DNA of 64,000 nucleotides from a virus (Duplodnaviria; Caudoviricetes), in IMG/VR virus record IMGVR_UViG_3300014204_000112, positions 32,001-96,000 of that record. One strand, given 5' to 3'. Both the position numbers and the translations under genes were made by a program. How positions within the stretch are numbered: the stretch's first letter is position 1; every line of letters begins with the position of its first letter. The notes under the pieces are model-generated. The model saw nothing but the letters and a program-made list of their open reading frames with translations, had not been told where the DNA came from and made no database searches. Shown piece after piece: positions 19,429-29,879 of the stretch.

Positions 19429-22400
19429 TTAGAAGGATGGAGTAAAACCCGTAGACTGCGAAGATAATTGTCCTCCAACTCGTGTGATCGTGATGCGGTT
19501 GATGAATTTGTGAATTCCTCTTGGGAAGTCAACCAGAATGTCAACGACTCCTGCATTGTTCTCCAGAACTTCAGTTCCGTTGTTGCTATCATCGAAGATA
19601 ACATCGTACCATGAAATTCCACGAGCGTCTTCAACTGCTGCAAGGTAATTCTTGACCATTGTTTTAACTCTCATTCTGGTCGTAACGTCGTTCCAATCAA
19701 ATAGGAAGTTAAGGAGGATACGTTCGATGTCCCTTTCAATCGTGATGAGGGCTTCTCTTACGTGAGTGTTGTTGAGGGCGGATTTTACTCTCTGGTAACC
19801 TGTGTTGTTCGAGAATACCATGACTCCGAATCCCCTACGTCTTACGATCAGGTTGAAACCTGCTGGTTCCAAGTAATCACGATCTTCGTTTATGAGATCG
19901 TATTCGATGCCGGTGATTTCAGGATCGGTTAAGATACCCCTCTTACCTGCAACGATTGAGAAGGTGTTTCCACTGGTGTATTTTTTCATGAATGTGTTTG
20001 CTACGAACATAGCTGGAGGAATGGACTTGTTCTTTCCATTCTCGTAGATGATGATGTTCGGCATGAAGTAGGAAACGTAAGAAGATAAAGGAATGCCGTT
20101 CTTTTCGCCAGTTGCGAATGAGAATAGGAATTCAGGATTCGAGTTCAAATCTCCACCAGTTGAAATTGACTGAGCGGAAACGAGGCGAGTTACTGGATCG
20201 ATGAATCTTGGGCTTACTGATCTTTCGTACTGAGCGAAGGAAGGAGCATTTGCAATCACCAATAATTTTCCATGATCTGCTGCGAGCTGAGCGAGTTGCT
20301 GTTTTGATCCAGGGTAAATCTGACCTTCGAAAGAGTCGATTAAGTACCTGAAGTCCAGAGTTTCTCCGTCTGCTAATGTTGAAGCTAAATTGCTACCATT
20401 GAACATGAAGTCCAGGATGGTGTTCTGCCTTTCAGCTGTGCCGTTAGGATAGAGATTGAAATCGTCAAGGTTCATTGCTGGAATGCTGTAACCTGCGATT
20501 GAGGTAACGAAATTCTTGATTCCCTTATAAGCGCGAATCGTAGTTCCGTCGAAATTGATTCCACTGTTGTTCACATCGATCGGAGCTGCAGTTTTTACCG
20601 TGTATTTGAGAACGGTTACTGCTGAGCTTGATGGGCCGTAGCCGGTGATTGATACTTTTTGTGCATAGACTGACGTGATGCGTAGCATACGACCACGTTC
20701 TGTTCCTGCTACAACTTCGGCTTTCAGGTATTGACCAACTTTGAAGAAGTTATCAATTTCTGCCCTACGTGTTGAATTGTAAGGATAACCGGCTGCAGTG
20801 TTAGGTGTTTCGTTCTTGTTCGGGTTACCGTATAGGGTAGGATCGATGTAGAACGTGATCTGATTAGGAGCAGTGTATGTGTACTGATAGTCTCCGTCTA
20901 TGAAGTAGTCGGTGTCAGTAAGATCGAAATCTTTCTTGTAGGTTGCCGAGGTTGCATTGACCATCCATAGGAAGTCGTCTCCTGCGTCCGTGATGGACTG
21001 AGCTGATACCTGGTTTAGTCGAGTAATATCGGAAAATACGTTGAATGTGATGTACTTCACTGAGCCGTTTAGTTTTACTGCTCCGTCTGATGCAATATAA
21101 AGAGAAGTAGGGGTCAAACTAGGACCGCCAGCGTATTTCAGGTAGTCTCCATTCTTTACGAATCCATTGAACCATGCATTGTAAAGCTTGCTGTTTTCGG
21201 TAGCAACTATCGTGTTAGGAGTAACTGCTGTGTTGATGTAAACTTCTCCAGCGATATACGTAGGAACGTAAGTCGATAGGAGGAAGTAGAAGTTAGAGTC
21301 GAGAGGTTTCTTGTAGCTGAGAACGTCGATGAGACCTACTGGCTCGGTGCCGGTAATACCGTCATCAACCACGTAAGCAGTTTTAGTTCCATTGTACAGG
21401 TTGAGATCATCAATACCGTATCCGACTAGGTCGAGACGCTGTTCTTCCATTGGCTCAGTTGCGGATCCGCTGTCGAACGTAGAGTTCGAAAGGTCGATTA
21501 TGTCAACTTTCTTGTAGTCAATAGCGCAGTAAACTCCGGTAGTTGGGAAGTTACGGTTGAAAACTGTGTCCAGAGCAACGATTGTTCCAGTAAGATCCCT
21601 GAATCCAGGAATGATGCATCCCTGAGTTTTTGCGATTAGGGTAACTTCTTTAAGTGCTGTGAAATCGTTGATCTTCGAATTGATGAGACCAGTTGACGTA
21701 AAGTATTGCTTGTAAACAGGGTCGCTTGCAAGTTTTAGATTGTCTGTCCAGTTTCCTTCGACTACGATAAGTTCGACGAAATAATCCTGAACGATGTCAT
21801 CTGGATTGAGGTATTCTGGAACTTCTGTTTTATCTCCGAGGAGAGCGAAGTATTCCTTAACCGTAATATCATAACCGGTAACATCAGCGACTCTTACGAA
21901 TGCTGTGATTTCTTTGCAGGAAAGGTTAACAACGGTTAAAATCTTATTGGAATCGCGATCGGCCGTGCCGTACTGACTAGGATTGTAAATGTAATCATCA
22001 CCCAATTTGATATTCTTCCATTTATTGACCATATCAACGTCAGCGAACCAAAGTTTCTGAACGTTATAGAAGTTGGACATGCTGCTCTGGTTGATATTCT
22101 CTGCCCATAGAGAGTTGGTCGAAGCAGGTTCAGAGTTGAACGTTCTGAAGTACGCTAGATCAGTTGAGGAAACCGGTAGAATGTTCAGACCAAAAACAGG
22201 ACCTTGTCTCAAAGCAACGTCGAGTGTTCTGTGGAAGTAACTTCCGTTTTTCTCTAGCTTGCTGTCGGTGTCCCCGTATACGGCCTGTAGAGTTTTGCTA
22301 TCCTGAATCAGTGCGACTGAATTGATAGGGCCTTTTTTGCTGGAACCTATTACAAGTCTGCCAGTGGAAATAGGAAGGGCAAGATTTTGGCTTTCATCTA

Positions 22401-22458
22401 TTTCTATCGTGTATACGCCACTTGACTTGAACCTGTTCAGATTTAATTTTTCTGCCAT
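19429..22458 (-). CDS. gp18: Contractile tail sheath protein (T4 gp18-like)
   Basis: N-terminal SSGVYTIEIDES; C-terminal AGKRG, SALNNTHVRE, FDWNDVTTR, FDDSNNGTEVLENN sheath motifs. Confidence 0.93.
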   Translation of the reverse strand: MAEKLNLNRFKSSGVYTIEIDESQNLALPISTGRLVIGSSKKGPINSVALIQDSKTLQAVYGDTDSKLEKNGSYFHRTLDVALRQGPVFGLNILPVSSTDLAYFRTFNSEPASTNSLWAENINQSSMSNFYNVQKLWFADVDMVNKWKNIKLGDDYIYNPSQYGTADRDSNKILTVVNLSCKEITAFVRVADVTGYDITVKEYFALLGDKTEVPEYLNPDDIVQDYFVELIVVEGNWTDNLKLASDPVYKQYFTSTGLINSKINDFTALKEVTLIAKTQGCIIPGFRDLTGTIVALDTVFNRNFPTTGVYCAIDYKKVDIIDLSNSTFDSGSATEPMEEQRLDLVGYGIDDLNLYNGTKTAYVVDDGITGTEPVGLIDVLSYKKPLDSNFYFLLSTYVPTYIAGEVYINTAVTPNTIVATENSKLYNAWFNGFVKNGDYLKYAGGPSLTPTSLYIASDGAVKLNGSVKYITFNVFSDITRLNQVSAQSITDAGDDFLWMVNATSATYKKDFDLTDTDYFIDGDYQYTYTAPNQITFYIDPTLYGNPNKNETPNTAAGYPYNSTRRAEIDNFFKVGQYLKAEVVAGTERGRMLRITSVYAQKVSITGYGPSSSAVTVLKYTVKTAAPIDVNNSGINFDGTTIRAYKGIKNFVTSIAGYSIPAMNLDDFNLYPNGTAERQNTILDFMFNGSNLASTLADGETLDFRYLIDSFEGQIYPGSKQQLAQLAADHGKLLVIANAPSFAQYERSVSPRFIDPVTRLVSAQSISTGGDLNSNPEFLFSFATGEKNGIPLSSYVSYFMPNIIIYENGKNKSIPPAMFVANTFMKKYTSGNTFSIVAGKRGILTDPEITGIEYDLINEDRDYLEPAGFNLIVRRRGFGVMVFSNNTGYQRVKSALNNTHVREALITIERDIERILLNFLFDWNDVTTRMRVKTMVKNYLAAVEDARGISWYDVIFDDSNNGTEVLENNAGVVDILVDFPRGIHKFINRITITRVGGQLSSQSTGFTPSF

Positions 22459-22616
22459 CGCGTGCTATTGTTATTTTGAGTTATTTATTTATCATTCCGT
22501 TCCCAAAACCGACTTCTGTCGAATTGGGCATATCATAACTGGAATTATTTATCAAATGCTATCATGCTAAACCTAAACCGTCTCATTATTTTTGATACAA
22601 TATAGAACTATAAAAA

Positions 22617-23138
22617 ATGGTGAACTATATGCAAACAAAGATGAAATTCATAAAGATCCGTGATGTCAAAACTCCAGCATACGGTACGGTCGGCTCGGCC
22701 GGAATCGATTTCTTCGTTCCAGAGGATTTTCGAGAGCAGAGATTACATCCAGGCGATGATATTCTCATTCCGAGCGGAATAAAAGCTAACGTCCCGGATG
22801 GATACGCTCTCATTGCACATAACAAGAGCGGTATCGCAACTAAAAAGAGGCTTCAGGTTGGAGCATGCGTCGTGGACAGCGATTACCAGGGAGAAATCCA
22901 CATTCACGTGTTCAATTCGAGGTCGAATGGATTGGTTGAAATTGCTCCAGGAATGAAGCTCGTGCAGTTCCTTCTTATCCCAGTAGCTAGCGCAGAACTG
23001 ATCGAATGCAAGGAACTTGAAGAAGTATTCCCAGTGGAGACTGACAGAGGCCCTGGTGGTTTCGGGTCAACCAATGCAATAGAAGCTAGCTACTCGCTAA
23101 CAAAATTGGGTCTCTTTTATGAAAACGAAACTCACTAG
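22617..23138 (+). CDS. dut: Trimeric dUTPase
   Basis: GSAGIDF, KSG, GACVVDSDYQGEI, RGPGGFGST. Confidence 0.95.
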   Translation: MVNYMQTKMKFIKIRDVKTPAYGTVGSAGIDFFVPEDFREQRLHPGDDILIPSGIKANVPDGYALIAHNKSGIATKKRLQVGACVVDSDYQGEIHIHVFNSRSNGLVEIAPGMKLVQFLLIPVASAELIECKELEEVFPVETDRGPGGFGSTNAIEASYSLTKLGLFYENETH

Positions 23139-23397
23139 AGAAGATGTTCTGAATTGGTGGTTGCAAAAGTATCATAACACCACAGTTGAAGAGTTAGTCA
23201 AGACCCTTTCGGACGATGTAAAGAATTCAGCCGATTGGTTCAAGCTTTACCCAGTAACTCAGGAACAGCATGATGAATGGTACACGTGGGTAGTCGATGC
23301 ACTAACAAAGGAACGCCGCATGTCAAAGACATACATCATCAAGCATTTCGCTTTAGATTATCTCAATTGCGCTCCGTACATTGAACAAAACAAGTAA
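23119..23397 (+). CDS. Hypothetical protein
   Basis: 92-aa ORF in the operon. Confidence 0.6.
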   Translation: MKTKLTREDVLNWWLQKYHNTTVEELVKTLSDDVKNSADWFKLYPVTQEQHDEWYTWVVDALTKERRMSKTYIIKHFALDYLNCAPYIEQNK

Positions 23398-23403
23398 CTG
23401 AAT

Positions 23404-24789
23404 ATGATAATAAGCACAGAATTTAACGTAGATGAGTCCGCTCTAGTCGTTTCGTATTATGACGAGCAAGGAAAGATTGCATTCATCAAAAAACCGATTC
23501 CACAAACGGACCTTTTCAACTGGACCGTCACTGCAAATCCAACTGAATTCAGGAATTGGGACAATAAGTTTTTACGCAAATCTCCAAGCAAATGGTTGAG
23601 TCGCTTTCGATTGGAAGAATTGACTCAAGCTCGATTAAACCAAGCAGAACTCGACAGGATCTATTCAGACTTCAGCCCGAAGAAGTTCTACCTTGACATC
23701 GAAATAAAGCTGGAATCTCAGGAGTTTCCTGATCCAGCAAAAGCATTGATGGAAGTCAACATGATAACCTTCGTGAACGAGGAAAACATCGTTTTCACGA
23801 TGTCGACCATGGACAATTTCGATCCAGAAACGGTTCAACTTCTGGAAGCGGAGGTCAATGAGTACCTCAAGTCATGTGGGCAAACGTTCGTTGTCAAGTA
23901 CATGTTCTTCCAAACGGAACGAGAACTTCTAGAAGCATTCTTTTACAAAGCTCTTCCAAAAATATCGTTCCTTACTGGTTGGAACTTCATTGGCTTTGAC
24001 TGGTTGTATCTCATGAATCGGGCAAAACGATTGGAAATGGATCCAATGCGTTTCATGGCTTGCAACAAACTGATCGGCCAGGCAAAACTGCCGATTCACC
24101 TTGGCCTTCTCGACTACATGGAAGTATTCAAGAACATCAAGCCGTTCAAGGTCGTTGAAAATTACAAGCTCGATTACATTGCCTACATGGTTCTAGGCAT
24201 CACGAAATTGCACAACGAATATAGGTCAATGCTCGAAGCTCAGGGAGACACTTTCAATTTCGCAAAGTACAACATCATCGATACTTGCCTAGTCAAGTTA
24301 ATTGACGATAAGACTGGATTATTGGAAGTAGCTTTCGCTATTTCAAAATTCGCTAGGGTCGACGTGTCGAAAATATTCAGCTCCGTATTCATTACTGAAA
24401 CTATGATGTGCCGCGAATTCTTGGAAAGAGGTCGATTCATGTCGAACGATAAACGAGAGCTCGATGAGGAAGCAACGTACGACGGAGCATACATCATGAA
24501 ACCGATTCCCGGATATTACAAGTACGTAATGCTCAATGACTTCGCTTCGATGTACCCGAACCTCACGATTCAGTTCAACATGTCTCCGGACGCTTACATG
24601 GGCAAGATGAAACCAGACATGGAAATTCCGGCTCACATGATATTCACAAAGAACGATACGTTATTCGCCAATACGTTCGACTCAGCAGCTAGAACGATTC
24701 TTACTCGAATGTACAATGGTCGAGTTGAAACAAAAGCAGAAAAGGAAAAGCTTGAGGAGCAATTGGAACGTGAAAAAGTGTCTGCATAA
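23404..24789 (+). CDS. Family-B DNA polymerase, N-terminal subunit (split gp43A-like)
   Basis: Exonuclease motifs YLDIE, GWNFIGFDW, YNIID; polymerase motif A DFASMYP; ends after the first finger helix with no motif B or C. Confidence 0.88.
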   Translation: MIISTEFNVDESALVVSYYDEQGKIAFIKKPIPQTDLFNWTVTANPTEFRNWDNKFLRKSPSKWLSRFRLEELTQARLNQAELDRIYSDFSPKKFYLDIEIKLESQEFPDPAKALMEVNMITFVNEENIVFTMSTMDNFDPETVQLLEAEVNEYLKSCGQTFVVKYMFFQTERELLEAFFYKALPKISFLTGWNFIGFDWLYLMNRAKRLEMDPMRFMACNKLIGQAKLPIHLGLLDYMEVFKNIKPFKVVENYKLDYIAYMVLGITKLHNEYRSMLEAQGDTFNFAKYNIIDTCLVKLIDDKTGLLEVAFAISKFARVDVSKIFSSVFITETMMCREFLERGRFMSNDKRELDEEATYDGAYIMKPIPGYYKYVMLNDFASMYPNLTIQFNMSPDAYMGKMKPDMEIPAHMIFTKNDTLFANTFDSAARTILTRMYNGRVETKAEKEKLEEQLEREKVSA

Positions 24790-24813
24790 CATAGGAAAAA
24801 AATTAAACAATCT

Positions 24814-25498
24814 AATGGCAGGATTCGATATTGACGAACTGATGTCCGTTAAGAACAGTTATCAATCGCAGAAATTTCAATGGGTAAAAACCAATGACCA
24901 AAAAAAGTTAGGGACGGTAGTCACAGTAAACGATGTCATTCCTGGTAAACGTCTAAACACGATAAACGGACCGATGCAGAGGTACAATGCTATCCTGTCA
25001 GACGGTACCAGCTTGGATACGGAAGACCTTACCAGTAGGCTAATGATGCTGCTGGATGATCAACCGCCAATGACCATCCTAGAACTTCTTTCGATAAATC
25101 TGGATGCAGGAGTCAACACTGAAGAGATCAAAGCAGCTCTTCCTGCAGACCTAAAGGAATTGTCAACACTTAAGCCTTCTGCTCCTCAACTGAATCAGGG
25201 AGCTCCAGGACATGACGATTCTAAGTTCGGACCAGGAAGAAACATGGGGCCGGCGGTCAACTCAAAGGATATTTTTGGGCTATTCTCAGTAGAGGAAACT
25301 AACCTCAATCTAAGCATTTTGGTAAAAATGCCTTCTAAACCTCTTCTCAAGATTATGTATTCGAATGCTCAGGACAAGGAACAGTTCCTAAATCAGCTGT
25401 CCGTGTATATAAATAATAGCATAACACAAATGGCCATCCACGATTCAGTAAAACGAATGTTTGGCCTGGACAAAAATAAAAAAGCTGATGACCAATAA
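24814..25498 (+). CDS. Hypothetical protein
   Basis: Likely start MAGFDIDE... downstream of the polymerase stop; no polymerase motifs. Confidence 0.65.
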
Positions 25499-26093
25499 TC
25501 GTAATCCGCTAACTCCGGCACAAATCATTAAGTCAGTTTCTCCATTGGGGAGCGGTAAGTTCAATCTCATTTCGATGACTCGTGATTCCGACAGGGCGGA
25601 GAAAATTTCATCACCTGAAAATTACATTCTTATCCTTCCATTCGAAAGAACGGACGATGATAAGATCAAAGCTATTTACGGAGTGAAGTTCGAAAATCCG
25701 GCAACCGGACAGCCGGACGTAAGTCTGCTGACGGACGTCATCGATTTCGAAAAGGACACCACTTCTTTCGATTCAGTAGGACGAGCTCTTCTCGAAGAAG
25801 CTGGTCTGAACATCGAAGATGCTGGCCTGAACGAGGACGACATTTTTTACATTGGTACGATGACAACTTCCGAACCCGCCATAGCCAAGTTCAAGTGCTA
25901 TGCTATCGATCTAACGAAAATCAGCAAGCCAAACGAATCCATACAATTCACGCGCAACCTGTCAAAATCCGCTTTCACCAAGGACGATTCATCAGAAATC
26001 GTAAAAATCGGATTTCACGAAATCGTTAACGGCGATTATTCGGATGCATCAATTTTAGCCGGATCCTTCCTTTTAGTTTCGTATTTTCAATGA
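25488..26093 (+). CDS. Nudix-fold protein (degenerate Nudix box)
   Basis: SVGRALLEEAGL resembles the Nudix RELxEExG signature; the upstream Gx5E part is missing. Confidence 0.5.
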   Translation: MTNNRNPLTPAQIIKSVSPLGSGKFNLISMTRDSDRAEKISSPENYILILPFERTDDDKIKAIYGVKFENPATGQPDVSLLTDVIDFEKDTTSFDSVGRALLEEAGLNIEDAGLNEDDIFYIGTMTTSEPAIAKFKCYAIDLTKISKPNESIQFTRNLSKSAFTKDDSSEIVKIGFHEIVNGDYSDASILAGSFLLVSYFQ

Positions 26094-26146
26094 AACTAGG
26101 TTAGCCTTTTGTGTACAAGAGAATACATAAAACTAACCAATTTTAC

Positions 26147-27340
26147 ATGGCAAAATCCCCTTTAGAAGCGTTTGCGAAGTTCAATGATCTTCTCGAAAAA
26201 CGCGTGAAAGCAACAGTTGAATTAAAGGGATTCGCGGATATTAGCGAGTACATCTCAACCGGAAATTACCTCCTTAACGCCCAACTTTCGGGCTCATTGT
26301 TCGGAGGATTCCCAAACACAAGAAGCATTGGAATCGCAGGCGATCCTGGTTCTGGAAAAACTTTCCTCTGCATGAATGCAGTGCGCGAGTTACAGAACAT
26401 GGGGTACTTCGTGTTTTATATTGACACAGAAGGCGCAATCGATTCCATTGACTTCCCAAAATTCGGAGCAAATCTCGACCAGCTCAAGTACTACAGGATG
26501 AAGCTGATCACGGACGTGAAGTTCTTCGTTGACGGTCTTGTCAAGCAGAAGAAAGAAAGTTCTGAACTTAAGATCGCTCTGTTCGTTGACTCCATCGGTC
26601 TGCTCAATTCTGACAAGGAAGTCGGAGACTTCGAAAAAGGAAAGAGTGTATCGGATATGGGTCTCAAAGCAAAGGACCTTCGTGCAATGTTCAGATCGTT
26701 CACACTCGATCTTTCTAATGAAAGAATTCCATTCATCTTCACGAACCACACGTACAGTGGAACTGACGTTTATTCTGGAAAAACTCCAGGCGGTGGTGGC
26801 GGTCCAGAATTCGCAGCATCAATCATTCTCATGCTCAGCAAGGGAACGTTGAAAGACGAAAACAAAACTGCAACCGGAATCATCGTCAGGTCGAGGACTC
26901 GTAAGAATCGTCTCGCTCGTCCGATTGAAATCGAATTCCACATCTCTCATCAGAAGGGCATGAACCCTTACGTCGGCCTTCAGGACTACATTAGCTGGGA
27001 AGCTTGCGGAGTCGGTCGTGGAAAGAAGCTTACCGAGAAGGAATTTTCGAAGCTGAAACCAGATGACCAGAGTGATTGTGTACAATTCGAGGTCGGAGGT
27101 GGTACGTTCTATTTCAAGCCTGGTAAGTTAGCTCAGAACTACATCCTGCGTCACAACGGTGATGAAGTTCCAGTCAAGCAGTTCTTTACTTCTAGATTGT
27201 TCACTGACACCGTCCTGCACGAGCTCGACAAAAGGGTTATCAAGCCTACGTTCAAGTATCCAGAAACAATTGACGCTCTCATGGAAGAAGAGAGCGAAGA
27301 GATCTTAGCCGACGAAAAAGAAGTCGGCGATGAACTTTAA
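26147..27340 (+). CDS. uvsX: RecA-like recombinase (UvsX)
   Basis: Walker A GDPGSGKT, YIDTEGA, FVDSIG, NHTY, GGGG.P.FAAS motifs; likely start MAKSP. Confidence 0.92.
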   Translation: MAKSPLEAFAKFNDLLEKRVKATVELKGFADISEYISTGNYLLNAQLSGSLFGGFPNTRSIGIAGDPGSGKTFLCMNAVRELQNMGYFVFYIDTEGAIDSIDFPKFGANLDQLKYYRMKLITDVKFFVDGLVKQKKESSELKIALFVDSIGLLNSDKEVGDFEKGKSVSDMGLKAKDLRAMFRSFTLDLSNERIPFIFTNHTYSGTDVYSGKTPGGGGGPEFAASIILMLSKGTLKDENKTATGIIVRSRTRKNRLARPIEIEFHISHQKGMNPYVGLQDYISWEACGVGRGKKLTEKEFSKLKPDDQSDCVQFEVGGGTFYFKPGKLAQNYILRHNGDEVPVKQFFTSRLFTDTVLHELDKRVIKPTFKYPETIDALMEEESEEILADEKEVGDEL

Positions 27341-27668
27341 CATCCAGCCAACGCTTCCGATAAAGTACGCAATGAAGGTTCATCAAGCATTGCCGAACTA
27401 TCCTACGCACCAAGATTTCATGTTTGAAATCATTTCCTATATCGTTAGGGTCACCGAACAGAAAGAAAAGGATTGGGACCCTAACGATATAAAATTCTCA
27501 GCGAAAACTCTCAAGTACATTTTTGGAGACAATGTTAAATCTGAAGAGTTCCTTGATCGTATAAAAACAATACTCAAGGATCTCATTGAATCTGGAGCAT
27601 TGGCAAAGAGAGGAGAATTCATTTTCATAAGTGCTGATGAGTTCTCCAAGTACTACTCAATAAGTTAA
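27330..27668 (+). CDS. Hypothetical protein
   Basis: 112-aa ORF between uvsX and the helicase. Confidence 0.6.
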   Translation: MNFNIQPTLPIKYAMKVHQALPNYPTHQDFMFEIISYIVRVTEQKEKDWDPNDIKFSAKTLKYIFGDNVKSEEFLDRIKTILKDLIESGALAKRGEFIFISADEFSKYYSIS

Positions 27669-27677
27669 TTTACGAAT

Positions 27678-29207
27678 ATGGTAATAGATTTTAAGGAAAA
27701 TATCGAACTCTTAGAGAAATTGATATTCAATTTTGTCTTAACTGAGGACGATAATGATGTTGTCATCAAGCCGAAGAGTTACGAGACTCTTGACAAGCGT
27801 GAAATATTGCCGATGATAAAGGCACACTATTTCAACGACGATACGTTACAACGTCTTTATCGTGAAGCGAAGAAGTTCTTTCTCGAATACAAGAAAATTC
27901 CGACTAAGAACGAAATTCGTCAACTGGCAAATCTCGCCAACCTCGACATCCCAGATGATAAGTTCGATAAGATCTTCGCCATCAACCTAAAGGATCACAC
28001 ATACGAATTCCTTTACAAGTACACAAAGGCTTTCGTATTCTACAAGAACCTGAATGAAGTGGTCATAGACACTCTCTCATGGTTAAAGACAACCGAGATA
28101 AATCCAGACAATGTCGAACTAATAACGAACGATGTTAGATCAAAGTTCAACGAAAAACTAAATCTATCTTTCACTAGTTCCGAATCCGGTCTTAGCTTCT
28201 TTAATCCAAAGGATCACATTCAGCTTTCGAAAGTTGGAACGCCTACTGGTTTCAGATTCTTCGATAAAGTTCTTGATGGTGGATGGAACCCAAAGACCCT
28301 CGTAGTTTTCCAGGGTCGTCCAAAAGTAGGAAAGTCAATGGTGCTTTCCAACATTGCAGCTAGAGCATTCCTTCATGGCAATGATATTGGTATTGCAACG
28401 CTAGAGCTTTCTGATCGAAAGTACATGAAGAGGCTCGGTGCGCAGATCCTTAACATGACGATGAAGGAATACGATACGATCCTTCGAGAAGAAGACTTGA
28501 ACGGAATCATCGAGAGATTGAATCAGCTTCGAGAAACGGTTCCGAATTTGGGGAACCTCGAAGTAAAGGAATTCGGAGCAGGTACAGCATCAGCTATCGA
28601 CATCGAAAATTACTTCCTTAAGGTTCAACAGAGAACTGGTATTAAGTTTAAAGTAATCGTCGTTGACTACGTTAACTTAATGAGACCGCTTCGCGACCGT
28701 GGAGACAGTTACGGTAACATCAAGTCAATCACCGAGGAATTACGCGCAGTAGCAATGCGTAACGAATGGTGCATCATTTCTGCTACTCAGATCAAGAGGG
28801 ATGCAGTCGACGATCAGGACTTGAACATGTCCGACGTTGCTGAATCTTTCGGTCTCGTTCATACGGTCGACTCATTATTCGGATTGACTCGTGGACCAAT
28901 GGAAAGTAGGATGAAAGTCAAACTAATAGCTAACCGAGACGGAGGATACAATGAGAGTTTCAAGATGTTCAGGCTCAATTACGAGTACGCAAAAATGATA
29001 GAGGAAACGGATCCAGCTTCCGAATTCTATTCAGACGATGATGACACGCAGTCTCTGGAAAATCAAATGAGAAATCAATACCATACAGTTCAAACTACCG
29101 AACCGCCGAACATCGATTTTTCGAGTGATCTTCCTCAACTGCCGCCACCAATAAAACCAAATAAGCAATTAGAATCGCATGATGATATTCTCGATTCTAT
29201 AAAATAA
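27678..29207 (+). CDS. gp41: DnaB-like replicative helicase (T4 gp41-like)
   Basis: GRPKVGKS Walker A, TLELS, VVDYVNLM, SATQIKR, VAESFG. Confidence 0.93.
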   Translation: MVIDFKENIELLEKLIFNFVLTEDDNDVVIKPKSYETLDKREILPMIKAHYFNDDTLQRLYREAKKFFLEYKKIPTKNEIRQLANLANLDIPDDKFDKIFAINLKDHTYEFLYKYTKAFVFYKNLNEVVIDTLSWLKTTEINPDNVELITNDVRSKFNEKLNLSFTSSESGLSFFNPKDHIQLSKVGTPTGFRFFDKVLDGGWNPKTLVVFQGRPKVGKSMVLSNIAARAFLHGNDIGIATLELSDRKYMKRLGAQILNMTMKEYDTILREEDLNGIIERLNQLRETVPNLGNLEVKEFGAGTASAIDIENYFLKVQQRTGIKFKVIVVDYVNLMRPLRDRGDSYGNIKSITEELRAVAMRNEWCIISATQIKRDAVDDQDLNMSDVAESFGLVHTVDSLFGLTRGPMESRMKVKLIANRDGGYNESFKMFRLNYEYAKMIEETDPASEFYSDDDDTQSLENQMRNQYHTVQTTEPPNIDFSSDLPQLPPPIKPNKQLESHDDILDSIK

Positions 29208-29216
29208 TGAAACCCT

Positions 29217-29879
29217 TTGAAAAAAGATAAAGATGAAGACATTTTCGAAGAACCAGAAGATGACCTAACCGATTCCGTAATGGAACTAGAAGGTCCGTCG
29301 TTTTTGGACCCTGAAGATCTTGAAGAGGAACAAATAGACGAAGAAGCTGAAGAAACCGAAAGGCGAAGGGTCGCGTACTCTGCATTGAAGAAGAATGATA
29401 AGATCTTCAACAATTCGTACACGATGGGCCATCCTACTGGTGAAGAGCCTGAAGAAACAAGAGCTCACACCGAAATCAGAATAGATCCAGGTTCTCCGGA
29501 CTATCAGCTTTATGATAGGGATCAGCATTCAGATTTCGTCGACAATTCAATAACCCAGATTGACATACACGAATTCGTTTCGAATTCTACCGAAGTAAAG
29601 GAAATACTTGGAGACGATCCAGACAAAAAGAAGTTCGGAAAGGCCGAAGTCAATTTACTGTTCGAGAAAATTCTAGCTGGAGTAAGAGTCGGAAAGCATG
29701 CAAGTTCTTTTGTGAATCCTGTGCATGTCTTCGATTCCATTTCATCCCTAACTGGCTTAGAGTACAAGAAACTTTTCGACATGCTGAAATACGAGAACAA
29801 GGAAATTTTGCTTCTCGAACTAGACGGCAAGTATCACATTTTGGATAAGTCATCTAAAGAATTCAGAATCTACGAATAA
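29217..29879 (+). CDS. Acidic hypothetical protein
   Basis: 220-aa ORF with TTG start; stop overlaps the gp47 start. Confidence 0.65.
   Translation: MKKDKDEDIFEEPEDDLTDSVMELEGPSFLDPEDLEEEQIDEEAEETERRRVAYSALKKNDKIFNNSYTMGHPTGEEPEETRAHTEIRIDPGSPDYQLYDRDQHSDFVDNSITQIDIHEFVSNSTEVKEILGDDPDKKKFGKAEVNLLFEKILAGVRVGKHASSFVNPVHVFDSISSLTGLEYKKLFDMLKYENKEILLLELDGKYHILDKSSKEFRIYE

Noticed and set aside
19332-19643. 103-aa minus-strand ORF overlapping the sheath 3' end and the RNA element
   Set aside because: Alternative frame of the sheath gene that runs through a terminator; no protein-like features
29207-29230. Programmed frameshift from an ATG coupled to the helicase stop (MKPFEKR*) into the 29217 ORF
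   Set aside because: The in-frame TTG start explains the gene; no canonical slippery heptamer or stimulatory structure
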